A stretch of 63,488 bases of DNA, counting the filler, from Reclinomonas americana ATCC 50394 (taxonomy: Eukaryota): assembly GCA_048213135.1 (NCBI GenBank). It is 12 parts of 12 records of this genome, joined end to end, with 100 filler letters (N's around TTAATTAATTAA, not from the genome) between each part and the next. Parts side by side here need not be neighbours in the genome. Positions count along the whole stretch, not along the records: positions 41,381 to 49,300 come from AFZH01017789.1; positions 49,401 to 52,465 come from AFZH01017792.1; positions 52,566 to 54,347 come from AFZH01017793.1; positions 54,448 to 57,370 come from AFZH01017794.1; positions 57,471 to 58,661 come from AFZH01017795.1; positions 58,762 to 60,573 come from AFZH01017796.1; positions 60,674 to 62,259 come from AFZH01017797.1; positions 62,360 to 63,488 come from AFZH01017798.1; 4 more parts are not named here. The stretch is one strand, 5' to 3'. Positions 47,090-63,088 of the stretch are shown here, one piece after another; position 1 is the first letter of the stretch; the number at the start of each line of letters is the position of its first letter. Under the pieces are notes generated by a model. It was not told the DNA's origin and made no database searches. It saw nothing but the letters and a program-made list of their open reading frames with translations. The position numbers and the translations under genes were made by a program.

Positions 47090-49077
47090 GTCTCTCACCC
47101 TCCAGCTCGTGAATACTTTGCTGCGAATCTATTGATCTTCGACTCATTCTGAAGGCGGTGGCCTCTCGCTCTCTTTCTCGTTTGTCAGCCTCCATGCTAC
47201 TGGACACTCTGCAGATGCATGTCTATTGATCCTCTTGTCGCTCTGTGGGCTTATTCTCTCGTCCTCTCTTTCCCGCCTCTCACCCTCTATGCAAAGTGAA
47301 AACTCTGCAGGTGCGGATCTATTGATCCCCTACTCGAGCCGAAGGAGGTGAAAGGAACAAAGTAGTGAAGGTGCATGCGCTCTGTTGCTTCTCTCACACA
47401 CAAAATGGCGAGAATAAGCTAAAACATGCGCAGTACTCTCTGCACGCCTGTCATCAACCACCCACTCGCTGCGTCACCTTCTATTGTGACTATCTTGCTC
47501 CCCTCTTCTCGTACTTCCGTCGCACTCACCAGCGCCTGGCGTCCGGTTACCACGCTGCGACAGACCGCCACTGCGTGGAGTGATGGGCGCGCCGTGCGGA
47601 GCGGACTCGCGTTGTTGCTGCAGACCCATCAGGCGAATGCGTTGAACGAGCTCTGCACGCATAGCTGGTCAGAATCTCCTTGCGCCAACTTCACCTCCTC
47701 CGAGAGTGGCACGAAACTCTCATTCTCCGCCTGCAACCACGCCAGGTCGTCGCTAAGCTTGCCCATTTCGATCTCGTGCTGATCGCGCATGCGTTTCTTC
47801 TCGTTCTCAAAGTTGACGCGCTCGCGCTCCAGCGTTTCGGCGGCCTTCAGAATGTCTTCCATTTCTTGTGCTGCGCATCAGATGGTGTGAGTTCGCAGAT
47901 TAACTTCCCATCGCGCGACTCCACCATCTCACCTGATCGCTGCACCTCCATTCGCATGGTCTCCATGCGGCCCGTGTACGCCATCTTCATGTCGTTGAGG
48001 ACGCGCACAAAATTGTGGAAAATCTCGCCGTACGACTGCATGGTCTGGCGGAGGATGGAGCCGAGGCGCGGGTCGGTCTGTTGTGTGTGCACGACCACGT
48101 CTGTGGGTGGGGGAGGGTGAGGGAAAGGGGTTTAAGGGGAGAGGGAGAGAAGGGAAAGGAGGGGAAGGAAGAGGAAAAGGGAGGAGAGTAGGGAGAGAGG
48201 GTAGAGTAGACAGAAGTGGAGAGAGGGCGGCGGGAAAAGCAAAGGGCAAGTGTGGGACAAAGGGGTGAGGAGGAAGCAAAGGTGAAAGGAACAATGAAAC
48301 GGAAATGTGAGACGGTGGCGGGAAGGACGAAGGAGAGAGGGGGAGAGAATAGAAGTGAAGAGAGAGGCAGAGAGAGAAAGGGGAGAGGAAGAATGCGAGC
48401 ACGGCGAAGAATGGAAATGAGGATGAGACGCAGAGTGAACAAGAAGGGGGCAAGAGTGGAAGGGAGAAGGTATGGAGTCGACGCGATTGACAAAGGGACG
48501 GAGGAAGTGACAGAGAGAGAGCTGATTTTAGCCACGGCACCTTCAAAAATGTAGTCAAACATCTCGCGGTGCGCCTGCAGCCGCTCGCCGCGCTGCACAA
48601 ACGGATCCGAGATGCCACTGACGCGAATCTTCAGGCGCTCCAGAATGCCGCCGAGAACACGATCAAAGTCGTTGGGGTTTGGTGCGTCGCCCTTCAGCGT
48701 TTGTGTCTCCACAAACAGCATCAGTGCGCCTGAATAAGAAGTGAGATACACGACACATCAATGAGGCGAGAAACAGATGGCTAACAAACCTTGCCAGTCC
48801 GACTTCTCGAATGGACTCTCCGCAGTCAGCGCATCCTCAATGGACTTGCCGTGTGCGAGGCCTTGGTTGATGGCAGTCGGCGCGAGGGAGGACGATGCAG
48901 CTCTGTCGACGAACTGTCAGCAACAGGCAGGTGAAAAGAAGAGGGTATAAAGAGAGCGCAACGAAGAAGGGGCCGGTGGCTTGCTGGCGCCGGCAGTGCC
49001 GTTGCCGGCGGTGAGCGAACGGACGAGTTCGGCTTCCTCACGTTCCAGCTCGGATTCGTCGGGGAGGGCGGTGAGGT
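45413..49077 (-). CDS. Coiled-coil + C-terminal EF-hand protein, TSNAXIP1-like; 5' end in the gap
   Basis: ERLQAHREMFDYIF..LGSILRQTMQSY; LSLKQTLDVIEEIYLSKEKFD..RETMGKHLYTYLNQKYGLKSL; DNDVAVFAKILRNEVDEEF; EF-hand loops DEDRNGVLDLDE and DANHNKQITFSE. Confidence 0.7.
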
Positions 49078-49203
49078 CTGCAAGGGCGAGGGAGGAGGGA
49101 GAGAGAGTGAGACAGTGACGCAAGAGATGACGACGAGACGACGGCGACGAGTAGGAGGAGGAGGAGGAGGAGGAGAGAGAGAGATTGAGATTGAGATTGA
49201 GAT

Positions 49204-49279
<76 letters not shown>

Positions 49280-49400
49280 GAGAGTAGTAGTAGTAGAAGG
49301 NNNNNNNNNNNNNNNNNNNNNNNNNNNNNNNNNNNNNNNNNNNNTTAATTAATTAANNNNNNNNNNNNNNNNNNNNNNNNNNNNNNNNNNNNNNNNNNNN

Positions 49401-49483
49401 TCGGGAGTGGCAGAGACAGACCATACGTCGCCGGCGTGCCCTTCCAGGTCGTGTTTGCAGAGGAAGAGAGGGGTGGCGGACAT
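49401..49483 (-). CDS. 5' fragment of another WD40-family paralogue (copy G), cut by the gap
   Basis: MSATPLFLCKHDLEGHAGDVWSVSATP matches the family N-terminus. Confidence 0.8.
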
Positions 49484-49741
49484 GGGTGGGAGGGAGAGAG
49501 AGAAGGGCGAGGAAAAGGCTCGGAGGATGGGCGTGAAGAAGAATGTGGGACAAGATTCAACATCAAGCTTCACTGACATACACGCAAAGGAGTTCAAGAA
49601 AGGAATCAGGTCGTTCAGACACGAGTCTGCAGCGACATCGACGTTGGCCAGCAATGCACCGAAGGCCACGGTGGGTGCACGGCACGCACGACCTCTGCTT
49701 CGGCGAGAACCATCGTCCATGACGTCGACCTTTGCTTCTTC

Positions 49742-50827
49742 TCACAGATGCAGTTGTGGATCCACGAGGCATCGATGCACCACAACCTCCGCCTCCTCCA
49801 CAATGAAACAGCGCATCACTAGCTCCGGCAAGCAGCGTGGATCTACCTCATCATCATCGCTCACGAACTGCATCTCTTGCACCGCCAGCATTGCCGATCG
49901 CGCTGTGACAAGCTCGCACTCAGCAAGGCCGCAGGGCGTGGACCACACTTGCACCGTTTTGTCGCAACACCCACTCACGATGTGTTGACCATCGGAAGAT
50001 ACAGCGACAGAAGTCACCCACTCAGCGAGATTCATTCGTTGCACAGCCTCACCACTCGCCACCGACCACACTCGCACTGTCTGGTCATTGCCCCCACTCA
50101 CCACATGCTGTCCATCTGGAGTGACGGCAACTGAGTTCACCATATAAGTGTGACCCTCCAGTCGCCGCACTTCCGCGCCACTCACAAGTGACCACACTCG
50201 CACTGTCTCATCACTGCTCCCACTCACAGCGTGCTGACCATCGGGAGTGGCAGCGACAGAGAACACCGCACCAGTGTGCCCCTCCAACTTTTGCACCACC
50301 TCTCCATCCGCCAGTGACCACACGCGAACTGACGTGTCAAAACTCCCAATCAAAAGATGATGACCATTGTGGGTGGTTGTGGTGGCAGAGTTCACCCAGT
50401 GAGTGTGTCCCTCAGGTCGCCGAACTTCTTCTCCGCCCGCCAGCGACCACATCCGCGCAGTTTCATCGGGGCTAACACTCACAATGTGCTGACAGTCGAG
50501 AGTGATAGTGACAAACAACACCCGTCCAGTGTGTCCTTCTAGCCGATGCACTTGTTCTCCAGTCGCCAGCGACCACACTCGCACAGTCTTGTCAGCACCG
50601 CCACTGACAATGTGTCGACCATCTGGAGTGACGGCGACTGAATGAACACGGCCAGTGTGCCCCTGCAGTCGTCGCACTTGTTCCCCACTTGCCAGTGACC
50701 ACACGCGCACTGTTTTGTCGTAACTGCCACTCACAATGTGTTGACTGTCGGGAGTGATGGAGACTGAGCTCACCTGATCGGTGTGCCCTCTCAGTGTGTA
50801 TTTGGAGAGGAAAGGAGCGGCAGACAT
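49742..50827 (-). CDS. Intronless 7-blade WD40 protein with a conserved C-terminal tail (copy F, 361 aa)
   Basis: Seven blades; tail STPCGLAECELVTARSAMLAVQEMQ..RCLPELVMRCFIVEEAEVVVHRCLVDPQLHL. Confidence 0.93.
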   Translation of the reverse strand: MSAAPFLSKYTLRGHTDQVSSVSITPDSQHIVSGSYDKTVRVWSLASGEQVRRLQGHTGRVHSVAVTPDGRHIVSGGADKTVRVWSLATGEQVHRLEGHTGRVLFVTITLDCQHIVSVSPDETARMWSLAGGEEVRRPEGHTHWVNSATTTTHNGHHLLIGSFDTSVRVWSLADGEVVQKLEGHTGAVFSVAATPDGQHAVSGSSDETVRVWSLVSGAEVRRLEGHTYMVNSVAVTPDGQHVVSGGNDQTVRVWSVASGEAVQRMNLAEWVTSVAVSSDGQHIVSGCCDKTVQVWSTPCGLAECELVTARSAMLAVQEMQFVSDDDEVDPRCLPELVMRCFIVEEAEVVVHRCLVDPQLHL

Positions 50828-50997
50828 GTGTGACAGAGAACAAGGATGTTCCGGCTCGCCAAATGTGAGTTGTGTAATGTGTTGGGACTACCTTCGACTT
50901 CGCAGACGTAACTTCTCTATCACCCCCGCCACCCCCACCTCCCCCCGGCACCGTCACATCCTATACACAAAAGAACTCCTTCACTTCATATATCGTT

Positions 50998-54903
<3,906 letters not shown>

Positions 54904-55029
54904 TACATGGCACAACCGCATTTTTTTGCTGCTCCTCAGTTTCGCACTGACACACGTGGCACACACACCACTTTTAAGAGCGTGCGCGTGAGAGTGAGCA
55001 CAGTGCACACACACAAGACACAACACACG

Positions 55030-56710
55030 ATGAGCAGGTGAGTGCGTCTGTACAGCTAGTTGCTCGCGCGTTGGAAAGCCCGCGCTTTTGCTCAGTTTGC
55101 TCAGCAGCAAAGTGACTGCTCCGCCGCTGTTGCTTCCGCGGTTCTCGATTGACTTGGACGCGCCTGCACATGAGCGATGGAGTGCGGTGCTTGCGCATGA
55201 GGAGCACGCGGAGACTGTGCGCGTGCTGGTGGAGGCGGTGACGGACAAGTTGCGCGCGGAACTCGGCTCTGTCGGCTACTTTATGCTGGAAAAGGTGGCC
55301 GTAGGCGTGCTCTCGTTGCTGGCCAAGTTGGCGCCGAAATCGGTGCATTATGCGGAGGAGTTGCGGGCGGTGGGCGCGGTCGCGGGAGTTTCGGCGGGAA
55401 AGCTCGTGCTGTTGCAGTTGGCGTTTGAGACGTGGTCAATGTGCACGAGTGTGGCGGTGCGAGCGGCTCCGTCGGCCTCAGTGGTGCACTTGCATAGCGT
55501 GGAGTGGTCGTTGACGCAGAAGCTGCACGGGAGAGCGATCGAGGTGGAGTTTGTGCGCGAGGGGCGTCCGCTCTTTGTCGGTGTCACGTGGCCGGGCGTG
55601 ATTGGTGTCACCACGGCGATGCGCGCCGGCAGCCACTCGGTATCGGTGGGCTATCGACCGGGCAGGCGAGGCGGGGTCGTGCGCGGCCTGCGCAAGACGC
55701 TGTGGGCGTGTATGCGCGGGCAGTGGCCGCTCGGCATGCTCGTGCGCCACGTGATGGAGACGCCCGAGTGGGCGTACGAGCAGGCGGTGTATGAGTTGGC
55801 TGCCACCGAGATCAGCACGCCTTGCTACTTTATGGTGGTGTCGGGCGATGAGGAGACGTCTCCCTGTGCCGCCATTTCGATTGCCAGGACCAGGAAGGAG
55901 GTCAAGGCGTCCAGGTGCGGCAAGGGGGTAAAGAGGGGAAGGGGGAAGGAGGGGTGGGAGGGAGAAGGGGGAAAGGAGGATGGAGAAAAGAGAGTAGAAG
56001 GAGAGGAGGAAAGGGGTGACTGTGAGGGGAGGAGGGGAGGGAATGGGGGAGAAGGAGGAAAGGAGGAAAGGAGAGGAGAAGAAGACGGAGAAAGGAGAGG
56101 GAATGAAGAGCGGAGAAGGAGAAGAGGAAAGGGGGTGGAGGGGAAAGGGTACTGAAGGAGTGGGAAAAGGCGAGAAGAGGAGAGGAGGAAAGGGGTGAAC
56201 GAAGAACAGCAAAACGGAGAGGAGAACAAGGTGAACAGAGAGGAGAGGAACAGCGAGAAAGAAGAGGGAAAGTAGAGCGGAAAAACGAGAGGAGAGTGCT
56301 CACGTGTTGCTTTTTCCGCGGGCAGGGAGATGAAGGAGGACGTGCGGCTGCTGGTGCAGGCCAACATGGATCTGGACGAGGTCGATCGGTGGGCGACCGC
56401 ACAGGCCGCCGCCGACGCGTACCACGAAGACGACGATGACGATGCGTACGCGGGCGGGGCAGGAGGCGAGAGCGAGCCGGGTCCATCGACCTGGATCGAT
56501 CCGGCCACTCTCGCGTACAATGTCGGCCACAGTCTCGAGCGGAGCCGCGTGGTGCGTACGTGGTTCGAGCGCGGATGCGATGACAAACCCGAGTTCATGA
56601 TGGAGCAGTGGCCGCTGCGCGTGGAGGACACCATGTATCAGGGTGTCTACAATCCCACCACCGGTCACTTTGCCACGTTCCCCATCACCGCGGCGTCGTC
56701 AGTGAAGTGA
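55030..56710 (+). CDS. Acid ceramidase / NAAA-like Ntn-hydrolase (3 exons)
   Basis: PRFSIDLDAPAHERW, YAEELRAV, LQLAFETWSMCTSVAV (N-terminal nucleophile Cys), VTWPGVIGVTTAMRAG, LVRHVME, PCYFMV, LLVQANMD, DTMYQGVYNP. Confidence 0.82.
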
Positions 56711-57470
56711 ACAGAAGGGAAAGAGAAGAGAATTGCGACTCATGACAGTGAGCGTGTTCGTCACTGTACGGCCCTTTGTCAGTGAGCTCCAATGCGTTGC
56801 TTGTTTCGACGATCCGGCCGCGGATCCAGCTTTGCATTGCTTGCAGGTGCTGTGTAAAACCGCAGAAGCTCTGAGTGTCTGTGCAAGTGCATTGAATGCG
56901 GTGCTTCGTGCCCTAGTGCAACAACAGCAACACAGCTGCATGATGATCACCATCGAGTGAGCACACGCTGCGCACCTGAAACTCAGACACGGAAGAAACG
57001 ACGTACAAAACGTGCATTTCCAAGCCTGCAGGTCAAGATCGAGCTCGGTCGACGCCATCCGTGGAGAAAGCGCAGAAGAACCAATGTACAGCTTCAACTG
57101 CACCTTGCCAGACACGGGCGATAGTCACAATCTTGCAAATATCGAAGCAAATATCGCAGTTTTCGACTCGTTCGAGATTCTGAGAGCACAAAACGCCCTG
57201 CTGCAGTAGTCAGAGGTAACCTTTCTGTAGATTCTATGCCAGGGCCGCAGCTTCTGCACGCCCGCAATCGAAGAAAAGCACTTGCGAAGTTGCCGGAAAC
57301 CGAAATCCGGCGGACGTGGACAACTTTCTCACTTGCACTTTCTCTCTCTCCTCTCTCACGCGCACACACGNNNNNNNNNNNNNNNNNNNNNNNNNNNNNN
57401 NNNNNNNNNNNNNNTTAATTAATTAANNNNNNNNNNNNNNNNNNNNNNNNNNNNNNNNNNNNNNNNNNNN

Positions 57471-57524
<54 letters not shown>

Positions 57525-57795
57525 GGAAAGAGGGAGAAAGAGAAGAGAGTGAGCGAGTGTGAGAGAGAAAGAGAGAGTGAATGAGTGGCAATGCACTTAC
57601 TGTCCTCTCTTCTTTCTGTCTTCCTCTCTTCTCTCTTCTCCGAGAGAGAGTGTGTGAGAGAGAGTGAGAGTGCTGAGTGAGTAAGAGTGTGTGTGAGAGA
57701 GAAAGAGTGGCAATGCACTGACTTACTGTCCTCTCAATCTCTTCTCTTTCTCTTCTCTCTCTCCTTCTCTCTCTTCTCTCTCTCACACACTATAG

Positions 57796-58579
57796 GTACA
57801 ACGCCGACGACCGACTTGTGAGTGTGGAAGACGGGTCTCCCTTCAAATTCGTCACGCAAAAGCACTATGAGGAGCTGGGCGATGTGATTTTGGAGTACAT
57901 TCAGAGGCGCATGGAGAGCTCTGAGGAGTTGGGAAAGCTGCGAAGGATCAGTGTGCCGGAGGATCCGAGAGCCGTGGCCAAGTCGTACATCTATGCGTCG
58001 GGTGAGTGGGAGGATAGTGGGGAGGATAAGGGGTGGATAAGGGGAGGATAAGGGGAAGGGAAATGGGAAGCGATAGAGAAGGGAAAGGATTGCTCGTGTT
58101 AGGTGCTGAGGAGTGGGAGGATAAGGGAAGGAAAAGGGGAAGGGACATGGGAAGGGAAAGGGTATTGGGAAGATGCCTCTTCTGGGGTGCTGTGGGCTTC
58201 ATAGACGGGGTTGAGTCGTACATCTATGCGTTGGGTGAGGAGAGGATAGTGGGAGGATAAGGGGAGGATAAGGGTAGGGACATGGGAAGGGAAAGGGGAA
58301 TGGGAAGAGATACTTCGTGTTTGGTGCTGAGGACTTGGTACGCAGGGTTGAGTTGTACGTCTAAGCGTGGAAGAGGTGAAGGAGAAGGGACTACATAAGA
58401 AAGAGAACGAAGGAAAGAAAAAGAAACTGAGAATTGAGAGTGACAGGAGGCAAAGAATAGAAGTGAGGCCACTCGTGCTGAGTTTGGGTGCATGGTTCTG
58501 AGGACTTGATAGATGCCGCTATGTCGTTTGTTTCTGCTTTGAATGAGTAAAGCAGGAGCGATTGCATCGGGAGAGATGC

Positions 58580-58649
<70 letters not shown>

Positions 58650-59412
58650 AGAGAAGAAGAANNNNNNNNNNNNNNNNNNNNNNNNNNNNNNNNNNNNNNN
58701 NNNNNTTAATTAATTAANNNNNNNNNNNNNNNNNNNNNNNNNNNNNNNNNNNNNNNNNNNNCTCTCTCTCTCTCTCTCTCACCACAGCGCGTTCCCGGCT
58801 GCGAATCGATGGAGAATCACTGCCTCATGGTGTGGAAGCAGTTCATTAGCCGCTCCCCCGCGCGTCACGTGGCCGTGGTGGCGCACTCGGCTGGCGGCTA
58901 CTGCCTGACGTCGCTGGTGTGCGAGTACGAGGAGGAGTTCAATCGACGCGTCTTTGCCGTGGCGCTCACCGATTCGGCGCACTCGGCGCGCCGACTGCAC
59001 GGGCTGTCGCGGGCGGGCAAGCAGCGTTTTGCGCGCATTGCTCGCCACTGGGTGGCCTCCAGACAACCGCTCGACACGCCGATCCGTGAGCAGCGTGCCG
59101 AGTTGCGATCTTCTTTCAGCCTTGTCCATCCCTCTTCCTGTTCTTCTCACCGTTGTCGAATTCTTATTTCCTCTGCCCCCTTCTTCTTCATTCTTCTGTT
59201 TCCTTCCAGCTCACTTCCTTTCACATTCCCTCGTCGTGACACTCACTCTCGTATTCACACTCAGGTCCGGATGCGACTGCGTGTCGGCGGGTCACAGCAA
59301 GCACGAGTACACCAGCGGCCACGCATTCCCGTCCATTTTCCCGTTCTTTGCCGAGAAGCTGGCGGAAGAGACGGCGGGGGGAAGCTCAGGAAGCCAGTGC
59401 AGCTTGGAATGA
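57796..59412 (+). CDS. FAM172A: FAM172/Arb2-domain alpha/beta-hydrolase-fold protein; partial, spans a gap
   Basis: PFKFVTQKHYEELGDVILEYIQ; ENHCLMVWKQFI..VAVVAHSAGG..VFAVALTDSAH; HWVASRQPLDTP; VSAGHSKHEYTS. Confidence 0.85.
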
Positions 59413-59475
59413 CGTGGATGGGCGTGTGGTAGACAGGGTTGCTTGTCTCATAAACAGAGCAGCGACATTGGCGAT

Positions 59476-60673
59476 TCAATCACTGTCAGATAAAACAATT
59501 GGGTCGTACACAGAGCCGACCGTGCGCGCTGGCGGTGCCGCGGGCCGTGCTGCCGCTGCTGGTGGTGGGGGTGGGGGCGGTGGTGCGGGTGCCGCATACG
59601 GAGTGTCGAACGCCGACACAAAGTTGTCGGCATTGTCGTCGCCGTCGCTCGCCTCATCGTCACCATCGACATCGCCGCCATTGACAAAGCTGGTGCTCTG
59701 GACCAGAGCGGAGGTTGCTTGCACGTCGTCGTCGTCGTCGTCGTCATCCTCCAGCAGAACCACAGGATGACGGGCGTTGGAGGAGGACGACGACGGTGGT
59801 CCGCCTGCCATTGACGAGTTCTTGGTTAGCGCTCGAGAGCGCCGCTTGGCTAGCCGCCGTTCGTCACGCAATTCTTCCTCGAGCGACAGTCCACGGAGCG
59901 TCTTGCCGTCCTCGAGAATCTGCACTCTCTGGATGGAGGGGTCGAACGTGCGCAGCGCGTGCGACATCAACTGCGGAGAGCAAAGTAAGAAGAAGAAAGA
60001 GATCCAAGACTCTCCTCCTCTCATTCTAGCTTGCCCTCGTCACGCAACGGAATTGACTCGCAAGGTGCTGGGCATGGCCGGTCGGCCGCACACAGGACAC
60101 TGCCACGAGTGGCGCTGCTTGCACAGCGAAAAATGCACGTGCAAGTCGAAGCACTGTGCGTGGAGGCAATTCGTCGACAGCACCGGCACCGTCATGCGCG
60201 ACTGCATAATGGGATCAAGAAGGGACACGGTGACAACGGACGCCGCCACATCGTCGTCCACATCCACCGCCGCGGTGCCGCCATTCGCCACGTCCGTTCC
60301 GTGTGTGCGCATGGCCTTTTCTGGTGGCGCGCCCGCCGCGCCCACCGTTGCTGTCGTGGTGGTCGTGGTGGTGCTCGATGACGACGACGAAGAAGAAGAG
60401 GACGATGATCCCGCCGTGTTATCCGCGCTTTGACGAAGCACCATGGAGGACAACTGAAGGAGAAGAGGGGGTGAGGGGAAGGGAAAGGAGAGGGGGGAAG
60501 GGGGAGGGGAGGTGTACGAGAAGGGGAAGATTGAAGGGGAAGACGAAGGGGGAAGACGAAGGGGGAAGACGAANNNNNNNNNNNNNNNNNNNNNNNNNNN
60601 NNNNNNNNNNNNNNNNNTTAATTAATTAANNNNNNNNNNNNNNNNNNNNNNNNNNNNNNNNNNNNNNNNNNNN

Positions 60674-60708
<35 letters not shown>

Positions 60709-61696
60709 GACTCAAATATTGCGAAACGCATTTGTCGCTAAGCTGGCAAACAGATACATAGAACTGAGAGACTCTGTGCGTGTACAAACCCTCTCGGCGT
60801 CTTCAGCATCAGCGACAGCTGCAGTCGATGATTCCCACTCTTCAACAGCGCGACGTCCGACGCACTCAGAGGCGGCTGCACGATGCTGGTGTGCGGTATT
60901 GGCGACGGCGGCACCGGGCAGTGATTGAGTGGCGGCAGCACCCAGGTGACAAAGAGGAACTTGACGACTTCGTGGAAGGGATTGAAGAGGGCGGAGATTT
61001 CGCGGCTGGCGAGTGCCGTTCGGCCCTCTTGAGAAACGGCGCTGCAGGGGGGAGTGGAAGATGAATGAGATCGGCGGACTGCATTTGCCCCACATCTCCC
61101 CTCATCTGACGCAACTCGGATAATGACACCTGGCCGTGCCGACGCTCGTCCAACATTGCCCGAGAGGCTGTCACCACAGAGCGTCAGTCAAGCAACGAAA
61201 GGCAGAGGTGCGTCGAGTGCACGCGCAACTTCCTGCAAACGAGGTGGAACTTCCGTGTCGAATTGCCGATGCAGAAACGCTGCTGCTGCTGCCACTGCCA
61301 CTGCCACCACTTCCAGTGGCCACGGCGGAGGCGTTTAGCGATGTGTTTCGGCGACTGCCAAAGAGGAACGAGGCCACTTGGGTGACCAGCTGCTGCTTGT
61401 TGCCGGAGAGGAAGAGGCGGTCATCGTAAACGGAGCGGCCGCGGGTTTCGTTGACGGCGCTGAACAAGGGGGAAAGGGTGGAAGTGAGGGACAGGGAAGG
61501 GCGGCGGTGAGGGGAAGAGTAAGGGAAAGGTGTGGAGATGAAAGTGAGAGAAGGAGAGTGGGAAGCGTGAGAATGTGTGCGTTTGTCGGGGTCTCAAGAA
61601 GAGACTCGATGTGAGCGGGTTGTGTGAGTGCGCGTGTGCGTGTACAAACCGTATGAGCGACTTGACGGCATCGACGGTGAGTCCGTGCAGGCTGGC
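59476..61696 (-). CDS. PIAS/Siz-like SUMO E3 ligase (SAP-like motif, SP-RING/MIZ finger, C-terminal SIM-like motif); partial, spans a gap
   Basis: VSLLDPIMQSRMTVPVLSTNCLHAQCFD..WQCPVC; upstream LHGLTVDAVKSLIR/..LFLSGNKQQLV; C-terminal DPIVLSDSD*. Confidence 0.8.
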
Positions 61697-62181
61697 CTGT
61701 GATGAGGGCAGAGGCGGTGAGTGGGAAGAGAAAGAGAAGAGCACGGAGAGACTGAACGAGCTGTCGCGAGAGAGGAACTGCGCTTTGCGAGAGAGGAGAC
61801 AGACAGGTTGTGCAAACGCGTGGGCACAGCGCACGATTGCGACGAGAGAATGAGAGGAGCTGTCAGTGAGCGTGTGCGTGCTCATTAACAGCATCGATGT
61901 GAGAGAGCAGAGAGAGACAGCAAGTGAGTGAGTGAGAGAGGGAGAGAGAAAAGAGGAATGTGCAAGGGCTCCTCGCGCTCCCTTCAGGCGAGTGCACCTG
62001 CCAGTGAGTGAGTACGCGCTTGAGCAGAGAGAGAGAGAGAGAGAGTTGAGGAGAGAAGACTTGTGAGAAACGAGGAGCTGAATGTTAGGGCTCCTCGCGC
62101 TCTCTGCATGCAGGAGGATGTGGGTACAAGCACGCGCTTGAGCAGTGTGTGTTTGTGAACGAGTGAGTGAGAGAGAGAGAC

Positions 62182-62259
<78 letters not shown>

Positions 62260-62389
62260 NNNNNNNNNNNNNNNNNNNNNNNNNNNNNNNNNNNNNNNNN
62301 NNNTTAATTAATTAANNNNNNNNNNNNNNNNNNNNNNNNNNNNNNNNNNNNNNNNNNNNCAAGAAATAGCACATACTCTTCTCTCTCTC

Positions 62390-62438
<49 letters not shown>

Positions 62439-62448
62439 CACACACACA

Positions 62449-63088
62449 CCTCAGTCGACAAGCGCGCCTTGAAGGCACTGAACTCCGCATGCACCTCAGG
62501 CCACCTCTTCAGCAACTCCGCATCGCTGCGCACTTGCTCCCAGATCGCAATCAATCGCTGACACACAAAGAGAGAGAGAAGAGAGAGAGGTAAAACACAT
62601 GAACATTAGCATCACAAAGTGTCACTTATAACACTGTCTCTCTCTCACACACACGCGCGCGCACTTACCTGCTCGGGAACGACCAGCATTCTTCACACTC
62701 TTGTGTGTGTGAGAGAGTGTGAGAGAGAGTGAGAAGCACGCGCGCGCTCCAACACGCAAAGTCGATGTCGACTGGTTTCCCGCCAAATCTTGTGTACAGC
62801 TTGCGTAAGCACGAGCGCAACATTCCTGCTGGAATGCATGTGCTCGTCATCGTCACCCTTTGGCAGGTGTAGAACAAGCTGCAGATCTCGAACGGCGAAG
62901 TTGCGCAGCGAGTTCGCTGCGATTTCCTTTCTCCCCCCAAAATCCTGTGTGTTTTCCTCGCTTGCGGATGTCCCTCCGGGGGGAATAGCTGCATGCTTGT
63001 GCGTCTGGCAGGTTGCGGCCGGCTTCCCGAGGTCGTCGATCGCGGGCTTCGAAAAATCGAACGCAATATCGATCTCTGGATTTCTCAC
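62449..63088 (-). CDS. Internal exons of a hypothetical protein
   Basis: Non-repetitive ORF segments (NPEIDIAFDFSKPAIDD.., RLIAIWEQVRSDAELLKRWPEVHAEFSAFKARLSTE) between microsatellite-containing putative introns. No domain recognised, and the reading frame is uncertain. Confidence 0.35.

Noticed and set aside
56699..57369. Short ORFs in non-repetitive sequence
   Set aside because: No consistent frame or motif could be established; this may be an unrecognised gene end.
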